Positions 26,828 through 40,085 of a stretch of DNA of 64,000 bases are shown here, piece by piece. The stretch comes from Octopus sinensis. Taxonomy: Eukaryota. How positions within the stretch are numbered: the stretch's first letter is position 1; the number at the start of each line of letters is the position of its first letter. A model generated the notes under the pieces. The model searched no databases, was not told where the DNA came from, and saw nothing but the letters and a program-made list of their open reading frames with translations. The position numbers were made by a program, and so were the translations under genes. The stretch covers positions 12,400,001 through 12,464,000 of the forward strand of contig NC_043017.1 of NCBI RefSeq assembly GCF_006345805.1, read 5' to 3'.

Positions 26828-27216
26828 TTTCTACACGCACGCAAATCCAATTATAGATCTTCATATACACACGTGCATCTATCTATCTATATATATATAT
26901 GTATGTATGTATATAGATATATATTCACACACAGCGATGAGCATTCACGCAAGAATGGAAGAGTCTTAATTTAAGGATATAAATATCCACTGTAAGCTAT
27001 ATTTAAACTAGCCAATTCATTCACTCTATACCCACGTATCATACACACATCAGTGGACATATATAACTCGTGTGTGCTTATGACTGTTGTTCTTGTACCG
27101 CTGAAGACTATGTTTTTTGATTAGCTTGGGTCACAGTGTTGTCTGTTTATCAGAAAACCTGTATAGATTCTCCAGAAGTCTGCCTGGAAATTTTAACGCC
27201 TTACATATATATATAT

Positions 27217-27251
<35 letters not shown>

Positions 27252-29767
27252 GAAATGTATGTATATATATATGAAATGTATGTATATATATATATGTATG
27301 TATATATATATGAATGTATGTATATATATGAAATGTATGTATATATATATGAAATGTATGTATATATATATGAAATGTATATATATATATGAAATCTATG
27401 TATTTATATATGAAATCTATGTATATATATGTATGTGTGTAAATGTTTATATATATATATATGAAATGTATGTATTTATATATAAAATGTATGTATATGT
27501 ATGTGTGTAAATGTTTATATATATATATAAAATGTATATATTTATATATATATATGTATGTGTGTAAATGTTTATATATATATATAAAATGTATATATTT
27601 ATATATATATTGTATGTATATATGTATGTATGTGTGTAAATGTTTATATATATATATATTAATGACATCTGCAAGGGGACCAACAGGGGATATTCATATA
27701 CACTCATTTACTAAGCTGTATGTGTGTGTATATATATATATAATCACACGTCAATAATATATGATAAAATTCGATATATTTTTGCAATAAATATATAGAA
27801 ATATAGAAATTTACACACACACACGCATGCACATGTATACTCGTAGATAAACATACATATCTGTGCCATACTAATAAATATATAGTCACTTATGTAATAT
27901 ATATATATATTTTTTTTTCATTCCGGATACTGAGGTACACATCTATCCGAAAGTGTACATATATATACTATTTCTCTCTGTCTGTCTGTGTGTATGTGTG
28001 TGTGTATAATATGTATATATGTATAGATATGTGTGCACACATGCGTGTATATACATGTACTAATCAACGCTTTTTCATTCTACTTTCAGTTCTGATTTAC
28101 CAATATATCATACACACACACTGGACACTCACATATATAGACACGCACACACGCAGGCACATATATAAACACGTGCACACACACACACACACACAACACA
28201 CAGACACACATACACGTTGACTGAAATACATATTAATGCATAGATATATATATATATGTGAATGTGCATACGCTATATATACACAGGCGCGCAATCCCAT
28301 ACACACATATATATAACCAAACATACAGAATATACACACACACGTATATATACAACAAATATCTACATACTGTAGAGCCATACATGCAATTTCATACATA
28401 GTCATCCACTTATATATGCACACGCAACTGATACATAATCGCACACACATATATATATATATATATACACGCACATGCAATTCATACATACATCCTCACA
28501 TTTATATATACACACAGACAATTCGTGCATAGCCATACATACATGCGCAATTGGTACATAATCACACATATACACATGCACGTATATTAACACTACACAC
28601 GCATATATATATACACACACACACATATATATATATATACACACACATACAGGTGGCTGTGAACTTATAGACACACAGTTAAAGATATTGTTACACATAT
28701 ACATACATGAATGACAATACATAACTGTAGACACCAAACTCACAGATACACATACATACACAATATATAACAAATATATATTCAAATTAACACACGCATG
28801 AACCTATATACACATGCACGTATACAAATATATACACACATTATATAGCATATAAGCTCTATTAATTACTTTGCACTAACGAATCTCACACGCGAATATT
28901 GTATAATATATATATATACTTCACATATATACACGCACACACACATACACACACACACTCGCACATACTGTTAGTTATACACACACTGTCATTCTACACA
29001 AACACGTTGCTGTTTACATAAATATATAGTCATTGACACACACACATACACACACATAGCCATTCACGTCCACACATTATACACACTGCTGTTTATATAT
29101 ATATACGGACAGTACTGATTATACAAACACACACATACGCACATAGGCATTTAAACAGATACACACTATCATTCATACACACACACGCACACAGAGTTGT
29201 TGACATACGTACACATACTATTCTTATTAACACATACATACACATACACACATACAGCCAGCCACATATACACACACGTTGTTATTTACACAAACACTCA
29301 AACACACACATTACTGTACAACAACAACATCAACCAGGACTGTCACTGGTACTACATACAGTACCCTGTAGAGGTACCCCTTTTAAAGTACCTCTCTTTT
29401 ACGTATGTATACATAGATATACTACCACCTCTACTGCCACTAAGGTACAGTGATACTAACTCTGAAGGTGCCTTTGTTGAAACACACTACAGCACATACC
29501 TTACTACATTTACACCATCACACATACACTGGCGCCTATACTGTAACGAAAATACAGTTTCTCAACAAGGTGCTGTTTATATTCTGTTTATATTTATCTT
29601 TTCAAACATTTCACCTTTACTATATCTGCAAGTTATTGACACTATTTGATGGTGCCTTTGATTGGAATTACTACCACATACATGCTACCACCTGTACAGT
29701 TAAACTAACAATATCTGTATAGGTGCCTCCTCTGTTGAGACGCTCCACCACAAGCATAAACAACCAC

Positions 29768-29829
<62 letters not shown>

Positions 29830-29953
29830 CCCTATCTATCTGTCTGTATAATCTGCCTGTCTATCTATCTATCTATCTATCTGTTTCTCTATCTATCTCT
29901 CTCTATCTATCTATCTGTCTCTCTGTCTATCTATCTGCCTATCTCTCTCTCGC

Positions 29954-30046
<93 letters not shown>

Positions 30047-31230
30047 CTGTTTGTCTGTCTGTCTATCTGCTTGTCTATTCATTTGTCTGTCAGTCTGTCT
30101 ATTTATCTATCTATTTATCTATCTGTCTATCTATCTGTCTTTCTGTCTATCTACCTACACACATACCATCACAAAAACAGACACATTGCTTTATACACAA
30201 CTATATGCATGCTTCCGTCAAGGCACACACACACGCACACACACACGCACACACACACGCACACACACACACACACACACATTGTCACAGACAAATACCT
30301 CTATCCATTTGTCGTGCAAATAAAAGCAATGGAAAAATGAAAAACTTTTCTTAATAAAAGGAAACCAAATACACACACACATACTCATATATATACATAT
30401 ACCCACACATATACATACATGCACTCATTCTTACATTCTCATACACATACACTAACACATACATGAAGACATATATATAATCACACGCACATATATATGT
30501 AATGTGCATCATACCACTTACATGCACACACACTCACACACACACAGATACACATATACAGACTTATGCATATTTACATTCCACATAGAAGGAATTACCC
30601 ATCCACTGTGATATACACACACTAACACACATGCTTACTTATACATATCTGGACTCATATACATTCCCGCATGCATGCCTTAATGCAGTAATTTCACATC
30701 CGCAAAATACACAAACTTAGATATACACATAAATACACACATTATACATGCTAATCCATACATAAACTGGTATACATAAAAACACACACTCTCTCTCCCT
30801 CTGTCTCTCTCCCCCTCACACACACACATGTAGGTACTCTCTCTCTCTCTTTCTCTCTCACACACACACACTCACACACATAATCTTTTAATACTGCTAT
30901 ATTGCTATTCTGTTCTGCTTCTCATTATATATTCATATTCACACACACACACACACACACACACATTCATTTTTAAACACACACACACATGAAAACACTT
31001 AAAATATACATACATGAAAATCTTTAGGTGCAAACTCACAGGTATATATGCATACACACTTGTACCCTCGTGCAAATAACAGCATCTACACGCACACACA
31101 TACACACACAGACATACACACGCACACATATACATACATACAGAAACACCTAAATACACACACATACAAGCATACAGCAAGTTCGCACACATACACACAA
31201 ACACACACTTAAAGTCGTGTATATACCACA
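25110..31230. repeat. Extended degenerate (TA)/(CA)/(TATC) simple-repeat field with short unique islands
   Basis: Directly visible; includes an ATATATGAAATGTATGT minisatellite at ~27240-27660. Confidence 0.85.
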
Positions 31231-31290
31231 AAATTCTTGTAAAATAACTCATATCTGGATGTAAAAAGCGAAAGATAAAAATTATTCCAA

Positions 31291-31375
31291 ATGTTGAAGA
31301 AACTGAGATCTTTCAAATCACGGTCGGTTTACGATGCTACTCCGGGATTATCGAAGGGAGTATGGACTACACCAG
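31291..31375 (+). other. Possible short first coding exon of an unidentified host gene
   Basis: Unique, higher-complexity sequence; ATG-opened frame MLKKLRSFKSRSVYDATPGLSKGVWTTP ending at consensus donor CAG|GTAAGT. No recognised homology. Confidence 0.3.
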
Positions 31376-31979
31376 GTAAGTTAACACTCCCTAATATTTG
31401 CAGCTCTCTTTCAAACTTCAGTTTGGTTTTTACTAAATAGTTCAAATGACAGTTGGTAGTTTTTCACATGGTTTTTCAGGTAAGGGTTTTTCGTCTCTCT
31501 CACTAAACCTTTTGCTACCTTGCCCAAATCTTCGTCTAATACTCACAATTGCTTCCACTAATCCACAAATTATAATGGATTAACTTCTTTTTCAGATTAG
31601 GCTATAGTTTCAAGGTAATCTAATGTATTTGTTACCTGGATTTATAGTTAATAATATATATGGATAGACATAAGGGTGCTATATATATATATGTCTGTCT
31701 GTCTGTCTGTGTGTGCATGTATAAATAATATACAATAAGTCTGCAAATAATATTTCTATAATTCTCAATTTTGATATGTATCTTGAACTAACATGTAACA
31801 GAAAGTGGGACCACATTTTGGATTGGAATAATGGAATAAGCAGATCTACTTCAAGAGGAAATAGCTGGGATTTACCCTACCTACCTACACCGTGTGTGTG
31901 TGTGTAAATAGAGACCAGTCTAAAAAAATAAAAATTGGTGACATGACAGGTTTTGATTTCTGGGATCAGCTCAGGAATC

Positions 31980-32192
31980 TCTTGTCTTGACTTCTTCTTG
32001 TCTTGAGACAGCATTCACCCGGGGTGGGTTGAGCTGGCTTCCTTCATCCTCAATGCTGCATCTCTCACAAACGCCGACCAGACCTGGCGATTTGAAGCTA
32101 ACAACCGCGTGATCTCCAACCACTCCTTATTCCAGCAGCGAACACCGTAGATATGGGGGCCTAGGTTGGGTTCCAGATCATCGCTCAGGAAT
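31980..32192 (-). mobile_element. RTE-clade LINE 3' end
   Basis: DDLEPNLGPHIYGVRCWNKEWLEITRLLASNRQVWSAFVRDAA..EASSTHPG* resembles RTE C-termini; short CAAGA-repeat tail. Confidence 0.7.
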
Positions 32193-32509
32193 CTCAAACT
32201 CTATTGCCTCCAACACTACATTGAACATTGTATTATTTATACGATGTGGAAAATATTCATGAACAATGCTCAAATATTGTTCATGTCAATTTTAAAATTC
32301 CCCCCTAGCTTGGTCCTCATGCCAGTTCTCCTCTACAAAAGACACGCTTACGCCACATCACATCACAACACTATTTTACCTCTGCTGGCTCATCACTCTT
32401 TATCATCATGCAAAGACACATAAGGGAAGAAAAAGAGCCCATAACATTCAAATGGTTCCAGGACAAATTCTTCCTACAACTTCTTGATAAACAACATAGG
32501 GTTAAGAGG

Positions 32510-32855
32510 TAAAGACCCCTTTTGGTCATGAATGACTGTGGTATTGCACCTAGAAAGTTACCCTCCGAAGCACAAGTTTGGGCATTTGGGCAATGTTGTT
32601 TATAGAAGATCAGCAGTCGCCCATGCTTACCAGCCTCCCCTCTCTGTGCCACCAATGTTATCCAGGAGAAAGGCAAAGGACAGTAGAGCTTGGCACCTGT
32701 GCTGTCGCAACTCATTTCTACAGATGAGTGAACTGGAGCAACATGAAATAAAGTGTCTTGCTCAAGAACAGAACACACAGCTTGGTCCAGGAATTGAACT
32801 CACTACCTCATGATTGTGAGCCCAACGCTCTAACCACTCAGCCATGGTCTTTCAC
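32510..32855 (-). mobile_element. tRNA-derived SINE (family B-like head)
   Basis: Minus head ATGGCTGAGTGGTTAGAGCGTTGGGCTCAC..GTGAGTTCAATTCCTGGACC, then TGTGTTCTGTTCTTGAGCAAGACACTT as in 44171-44425. Confidence 0.7.
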
Positions 32856-33009
32856 ATACACCTGGATATATCTCTGCAACCAATAACTCATTACTTCAAT
32901 GAGCTATGGTGCCCAAAATATGACTGGGATGAGAAACATGATAGTCTTTTCTAGGTGGTGCTAGGCCAATACTGGGTGGAATCTAACTAGGTATCTAAAT
33001 ATGCCATCA

Positions 33010-33240
33010 TTATCATCATCATCATCATCATCATCGTCATTTAACATCTGTTTTCCATGCTAGTATGGGTTAGACAGTTTGGCATGAACCACAGAGCTGT
33101 GCCAAGCTCCAGTGACAGCTTTGGCATGTTTTCTATGGTTGGATGCCCTTCCTAATGCTAACCGCTTTACTGTGTGTACTGGGTACTTTTTTTTCATGGC
33201 ACCAGCATCAGTGAGGTTGCCAAGCATTTTGCAAGACAGA
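33010..33240 (-). mobile_element. SINE family D 3' part with (GAT)n tail
   Basis: Reverse complement of GTTAGGAAGGGCATCCAG..CCCATGCTAGCATGGAAAACGGACGTTAAACGATGATGATG seen at 49520-49888 and 60196-60935. Confidence 0.7.
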
Positions 33241-33706
33241 AAAAGAACAGAGAGAAAGGGAAAGGAAAATTCTCCCACCAATAAGTGGGGGAGGGGAGTA
33301 TTTGATGGTAGGAGGTGGTTTTATGCTAAGTGATGATGAAGCTAAAGTATGATAGAGGGCCAAACATAAGTGTCATTGATATAGAGGTGATACATGCCTA
33401 CCACTCATTATATAAGAGAGTGTATGAGTAGTTAGGAAAGAGATAATGATGATAGTGATGGAGTACTAGAGTAAACTCTCTCAAGATACAGGAAGGTTAG
33501 CTTGAGAGGGAATATAGACAGTGGGTCCAGAGAGAGGAAAGTGGGTGCTCTCATAAATGTGTGTGGGGGAAAATAGCGGATGGTTAAAGATGGAGGTAGT
33601 GGACATACAGTTGATGGGGAAATATCAATATGGAAAGTGGGTAACATGAGAGGTTGATGTGGCTCAGGAAGAATATATCAGGAGATAAGGAGATGATGCA
33701 TTAGAT

Positions 33707-33950
33707 CCGTGGTTCTCAACTGGGGTCCATGTAAGATTTTGTTGTTGAAATTTATCTGCAATAAATTGGTTATACTTTTGCAATACACAAAATATTTTGA
33801 TAATTATTTTTATGCAATTCCTAATAATATTTAATTATAAAAATATAATGGGATTTTTTTTTTTTTTTAACATGAAACAGCTAGGAGGGTCCAGTAGAGT
33901 AAAACAAGAATCAAAGGAGTCCATGGGTGAAAAATAATTGAGAAACACTG
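33707..33950. mobile_element. hAT/Charlie-like MITE
   Basis: Imperfect TIRs CCGTGGTTCTCAA / TTGAGAAACACTG; imperfect 8-bp flanks CATTAGAT / ATTTAGAT; a right-half copy lies at ~42470-42571. Confidence 0.6.
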
Positions 33951-34230
33951 ATTTAGATGAAAGAGTGGTGAAGAGGAAAATTTATGGGCAACCATAAAGG
34001 AATGAATGAAAAATTGATCTGAGCACATAAAAAGGATGTAACAGAATGGTGTAAAGTATTCAGTGTAGCTCTTTACAGTTTCTGCCATTTACTGAGAGAC
34101 ACAATGCCATAAGATATTTAGCATAACCTTATAGTTTATTCCATACACTGAGAGGCAGAATGCTGTAAGATATTTGGTGTAGATCTACAGTTTCTACTGT
34201 TTATTGATAGATAGAATGCGGAAACAGAAA

Positions 34231-34629
34231 TCTTTATATATAAAAGAGAGGTTGTGTGTCTGTCTCCTACGATTTAGATTCCTAACTACTCCCACATTTT
34301 GCGGTGCAGTTTAACCAAAACCGGATATCCTATAGTCGTGATTCATATTGAGCCCTTCTGGGTATTAGCGCGCGTCTACGATGAGTCTACGATTTAAAAA
34401 AAAATTTACCATCATTTTTTCCCATTTTAATGCATTTCTTCGTTATTATATAAGGGAAGTAACTCTCTAAAAATGTCTACGAAGAGTCAACGATTTAAAA
34501 AAAAAATTACCATCATTTTTTATTCCATTTTTAATGCATTTTTTTGCTATTTTTTTGCTATAACTCTCTAAAAATGCTTATATAGTTATTTCCCTTACAA
34601 ACCCGAGCAACGCCGGGCGATACTGCTAG
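34231..34629 (+). mobile_element. Non-autonomous Helitron
   Basis: A|TC...hairpin...CTAG|T; near-identical to 17915-18300. Confidence 0.9.
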
Positions 34630-34641
34630 TTATTAATAATA

Positions 34642-35207
34642 TTGGGTTCTCCGGAAAGTTTGTGCTGATTTATAGTAGCTTACCTTTCGACTTATTTTAG
34701 AACATGGTTGAGTCCATAAAATAGGATTTGACTACACCTCCATTTAGAGCACAGTTTAAGCTATCTTTTCGTGGAAGAAGGTTTATGTTCCTATAACCTG
34801 TGTTAATTCTGAAACCATTTAAAATGGAAGATAAGAAAGTTCATTTTCGGCACTTGATGCTTTGGGAACCAGACAAAAATTGCTGCAGCTCGGCTGGGAT
34901 GCGTTACCCCACCCTCCATATTCACCAGATATTGCTCCTTCGGATTTCCACTTATTCAGGTCTCTGCAGAATAGTCTTAATGGTAAAAATTTCAATTCCT
35001 TGGATGACGTAAAAATATACCTTGATGAATTCTTTGCCATGAAACCACCTCAATTCTGGGAAGAGGGTATTTTCAAGTTAAAGGAAGGATGGAGACGCAT
35101 TGTGCAACAAAATGGTTCATATTCGGTTGATTAAAAATGTAATGGCAAGTATTTATTGACCTTTTTCTTTCCTTTAAAAATTGGCACAAACTTTCCGGAC
35201 AACCCAA
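34642..35207 (+). mobile_element. Internally deleted mariner (DD34D) with intact TIRs
   Basis: 30-bp TIRs TTGGGTT(C/G)TCCGGAAAGTTTGTGC(TG/CA)ATTT flanked by TA; MEDKKVHFRHLMLWE joined to the C-terminal ..LPHPPYSPDIAPSDFHLFRSL..GIFKL..W..IVQQNGSY. Confidence 0.93.
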
Positions 35208-35811
35208 TAATAAGAATTCTTTGAGGAAGTGGGATGGGTTTATTACATTGACCTCAGTGTTCAACCAGTATTTATTTAACTGACCTTGAAAGAATGAAAG
35301 GCAAATTTGACCTTGACAGAATTCGAACCCAGAATGTGAAGACAGACGAAATGCTACTAAGCATTTTGCCCAACATGCTAACAATTCTGCCAGCGTGCCA
35401 CTTATTAATAATAATAATCCTTTCTACTAAAGGCACAAGGCCTGAAAATTTTGTGGAGGGGACTAGTCGATTACATCAACCCCAGTGTCTCACTGGTACT
35501 TAATTTAGCAACCCCCAAAAGGATGAAAGGCAAAGTTGACCTCAGCAGAATTTGAACTCAGAACTTTAATTAATAATAATAATGATAATAATAATAATTA
35601 TCTTAATAATCCTTTCTACTAAAGGCAGGAGGGGATTGGTCAATTACATCGACCCCCCCCCCCAGTGTTTCAATGGTACTTAATTTATTGACTCCAAAAA
35701 GATGAAAGACAAAGTCAACCATGGGGGAATTTGAACTCACAACCTATTGACAGACGAAATACCACTAAGCATTTCATCCAGCATGCTAATGATTCTGCCA
35801 GCTCGCCACCT

Positions 35812-36060
35812 TAATAATAATAATAATAATAATAATGATACTATTAATAATAATAATGATACTATTAATAATAATAATAATAATGATACTATTAATAATA
35901 ATAATAATGATACTATTAATAATAATAATAATAATGATACTAATAATAATAATAATAATGATACTAATAATAATAATAATAATAATGATACTAATAATAA
36001 TAATAATAATGATACTAATAATAATAATAATAATGATACTAATAATAATAATAATGATAC

Positions 36061-36097
<37 letters not shown>

Positions 36098-36296
36098 GAT
36101 ACTAATAATAATAATAATAATGATACTAATAATAATAATAATAATGATACTAATAATAATATAATAATGATACTGATAATAATAATAATAATGATACTGA
36201 TAATAATAATAATAATGATACTAATAATAATAATAATAATAATGATACTAATAATAATAATAATAATGATACTAATAATAATAATAATATTGATAC

Positions 36297-36329
<33 letters not shown>

Positions 36330-37623
36330 TACTAATAATAATAATAATAATGATACTAATAATAATAATAATAATGATACTAATAATAATAATGATACTA
36401 ATAATAATAATAATAATAATGATACTAATAATAATAATAATAATGATACTAATAATAATAATAATAATAATAATATAATAATAATGATAGTAATAATAAT
36501 AATAATAATGATAGTAATAATAATAATAATAATGATAATAATAATAATAATAATGATACTAATAATAATAATAATAATGATACTAATAATAATAATGATA
36601 CTAATAATAATAATAATAATAATGATACTAATGATACTAATAATAATAATAATAATAATGATACTAATAATAATAATAATAATGATACTAATAATAATAA
36701 TAATAATGATACTAATAATAATAATAATAATGATACTAATAATAATAATAATAATAATAATAATGATACTAATAATAATAATAATAATGATACTAATAAT
36801 AATAATAATAATGATACTAATAATAATAATAATAATGATAGTAATTAATAATAATAATAATGATAGTAATAATAATAATAATAATGATACTAATAATAAT
36901 AATAATAATGATACTAATAATAATAATAATAATAATGATACTAATAATAATAATGATACTAATAATAATAATAATAATGATACTAATAATAATAATAATA
37001 ATGATACTAATAATAATAATAATAATAATGATACTAATAATAATGATACTAATAATAATAATAATGATACTAATAATAATAATAATAATAATGATACTAA
37101 TAATAATAATAATAATGATACTAATAATAATAATAATAATGATACTAATAATAATAATAATAATGATACTAATAATAATAATAATAATAATAATGATACT
37201 AATAATAATAATAATAATGATACTAATAATAATAATAATAATGATAGTAATAATAATAATAATAATGATACTAATAATAATAATAATGATACTAATAATA
37301 ATAATAATAATGATACTAATAATAATAATAATAATGATACTAATAATAATAATAATAATAATGATACTAATAATAATAATGATACTAATAATAATAATAA
37401 TAATGATACTAATAATAATAATGATACTAATAATAATAATGATAATAATGATACTAATAATAATAATAATAATGATACTAATAATAATAATAATAATGAT
37501 ACTAATAATAATAATAATAATGATACTAATAATAATAATAATAATGATACTAATAATAATAATAATGATACTAATAATAATAATAATAATGATACTAATA
37601 ATAATAACAACAACAACAACAAT
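35812..37623. repeat. 1.8-kb (AAT)n-GATACT compound satellite
   Basis: Runs of AAT punctuated by GATACT (rarely GATAGT); source of the poly-N, poly-I and poly-L ORFs. Confidence 0.97.
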
Positions 37624-38175
37624 AGTGATCCTTTCCACTATAGGTACAAGGCCTGAAATTTGGCGAGAAGTGGCTAGTTTATTACATCAGCCTCAGTGCT
37701 CAACTGGTACCTATTTTAACAAGCCTAAAAGGATGAAAGGCAAAGTTGACCTTAGCAGCATTTGAACTCAGAATGTAAAGCCAGAAGGAAAACTGCTAAG
37801 CATTTGTCTGACACATTAATGATTCTGCTAGCTTGCCACCTTAATAATAATAATAATAATAATCATAATAATAACAAATTTTGGCACAAGACCAGTAATT
37901 TCGGGGGGAGGCATAAAGTCAATAACACCTACCCCAGTGCTTTCCTAGTTCTTATTCTATTGACCCTGGAAGGATGAAAGGCAAAGTCAACCTCTGCGGA
38001 ATTTGAACTCAGAACGTTAAGACAAATGAAATTCTGCTAAACATTTGTCTAGCATGCTAGTGATTCTGCTAGCCACTGCTTTAATAATAATAATAATGAT
38101 AGTAATAATAATGATGATAATAATGATGATAATAATAATGATTATAATAATGATAATAATAATAATAATAATAAT

Positions 38176-38435
38176 TAATTCTTTTTATCGGCCACAAGGG
38201 CTGACAAATATGATTGGAAAACATAAAGGGACAAAACAAGACGAAAGGTTACAAAGGGTTTTGTCCGTTTATGAAAAAAAAACGAGTAAAACGAAGTTTA
38301 ACAATCAAAAATTTTAACAACGAAAAAACTCCCAATAGAGGAGACGCTTCGAAAAAAGAAAAGGTCTCACGTGGAAAAACCCATAAAAGCCACAGGAGCC
38401 TGGTCAAAAGGGGGGTAGAGAGCCCCTTTCTCCTT
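38176..38435 (-). mobile_element. Probable LINE 3' UTR fragment ending in (ATT)n
   Basis: Minus end TTGTCCC..CAGCCCTTGTGGCCGATAAAAAGAATT(ATT)n resembles the family C tail TTTGTCCCC..AGCCCCTTGTGGGTAATAAAGAAAT, but the upstream sequence is unrelated to the SINE. Confidence 0.5.
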
Positions 38436-38998
38436 TTATAATACCTTTTTCAATTACAGGCAAAACCTCAGAATTGGTCCATTAATAATAATATTGATAA
38501 TCCTTTCTACTATAGGTACAAGGGCTGAAATTTGGGGGAGGAGGAGCGTCGATTACATTGACCCCAGTAGTCAACCAGTAGTATTAGAAAGGGCATCCAG
38601 CCATAGAAACCATACCAAATCAGATTGGAACTTCGTGCTGTTCCCCAGCTTACCAGTTTTCGGTCAAACCATCCAACCCATGCCTACTGGGAAAGCAAAT
38701 GTTAAAGGATGATGATGATGTTGACCTTAAAAGGATGAAAGGCAAAGTCGACCTTGGCAGAATTTAATGATAATAATAAAAATTCTTTCTACTATAAACA
38801 CAAGGCCTGAAATTTGGGGGAGAAGGTTAAGTTGATTATGCTGACCCAAGTGTGTAACTGGTACTTATTTAATCGACCCTGAAAGGATAAAAGGCAAAAT
38901 TGACCTTGGCAGAGTTTAATAATCATAATAATTCTTTCTCCTGGAAGCACAAGGCCTTTTCATTCTTTTTGCTTTTCATCCTTTTGGAAGTTAATTAA

Positions 38999-39218
38999 CC
39001 CTTTCGTTATCAACCTGGCTGAAACCGGCTCTGGCTCTGAGTACAAATGTCTTGTTTTCATTAGTTTTGAATTAAAATCTTCCACTAAAACTTAGTCACA
39101 ATTTATGTTCCTAACACTAACTGAATGATAACTAAGTTATTTTATTAAATTCTTTGTTATATTTAAAGTAATTGAAAGAAACACAGAGCATCTCAAAATA
39201 AATACAGTAACGAAAGGG
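38999..39218. mobile_element. piggyBac-type MITE
   Basis: TTAA|CCCTTTCGTTA ... TAACGAAAGGG|TTAA: 11-bp TIR and TTAA TSD. Confidence 0.85.
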
Positions 39219-39374
39219 TTAAAAGAAATAGCAGTGCAGAACAGTAATTTATCACAATTATAAGAGCCTCAAAGAAGATACTTTATCTATTCCTGCTCAG
39301 TGCAACATAGGTTCAATTTCTGCTCTTGTCACCCAAAAAAAATAGTATCATTTCTCCTAGGAGATGCAACTCAC

Positions 39375-40085
39375 CACATGGTTTTGGGTTCGGTTCCACT
39401 GAGTGGCACCTTGGGCAAGTGTCTTCTACTCATCACAGCCAAAACCTTTTGAGTGGATTTGGTAGACAGAAACTGAGAGAATCGTTTGTGTATGTGTGTC
39501 TCCTTGTCTTGACATTGTGTGATAGTTATGTCACTGTCACACAAGCAGTGTCATTCATTTCCAATATCCTGCAGAACCATGCCTGACCATGGGTAAATAT
39601 TACCTTGTTTGGAAAACAGGTGAGGGTTGGTTACAGGAAAGGCACCTGGCTGTAGAAAATGTACCTTAATAAACTTCATCCAACTAAGGCACATATAGAA
39701 AGGGGCTTATTAAAATGATGATGATGATCCCATGGTTCCAACCAATTCCTTCCTTCCAGTCCATCCAACATATATACTGGCACTCTGTTAGTTCCAGTGA
39801 TGAATGTTCCAGTTGATCCGATCAACAGAACAACCTGTGAGATTAATATGCAAGTGACTGAGTACTCCACAGACACATGTGCCCTTAATGTAGTTCTCAA
39901 GGATATTCAGCATAACACAGAATGTGACAAAGCCCTTTGAATTACAGGTATAACAAATTTTTCCTGGTTAAGTGAACTGGGACAATGGGAAATAAAGGGT
40001 CTTACTCATGGACACAACTCATTGCCAGGATTCAAACTCACAACCTTATTATTGCGAGCCAAATACTTTCACTACTAAGCTATGT
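39375..40085. mobile_element. Diverged SINE pair (family A-like head on +, family B-like on -)
   Basis: GTGGCACCTTGGGCAAGTGTC core at ~39403; the family B tail as in 2157-2350 at ~39790-39950. Confidence 0.65.

Larger units (their letters stand above)
35212..38960 (-). mobile_element. Head-to-tail cluster of ~8 SINE family C copies or fragments separated by (AAT)n
   Basis: Copies at about 35215-35402, 35417-35565, 35609-35811, 37628-37841, 37877-38080, 38500-38765 (interrupted by a family D tail), 38782-38917 and 38932-38960, all in the same orientation. Confidence 0.8.

Noticed and set aside
29362-29372. TACCCTGTAGA matching the miR-10 5' end
   Set aside because: The match stops after 11 nt and no pre-miRNA hairpin is evident.
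35747-37765. Long ORFs (243-490 aa) of poly-N/D/T, poly-I and poly-L
   Set aside because: Pure translation of the (AAT)n-GATACT satellite; open in several frames on both strands.
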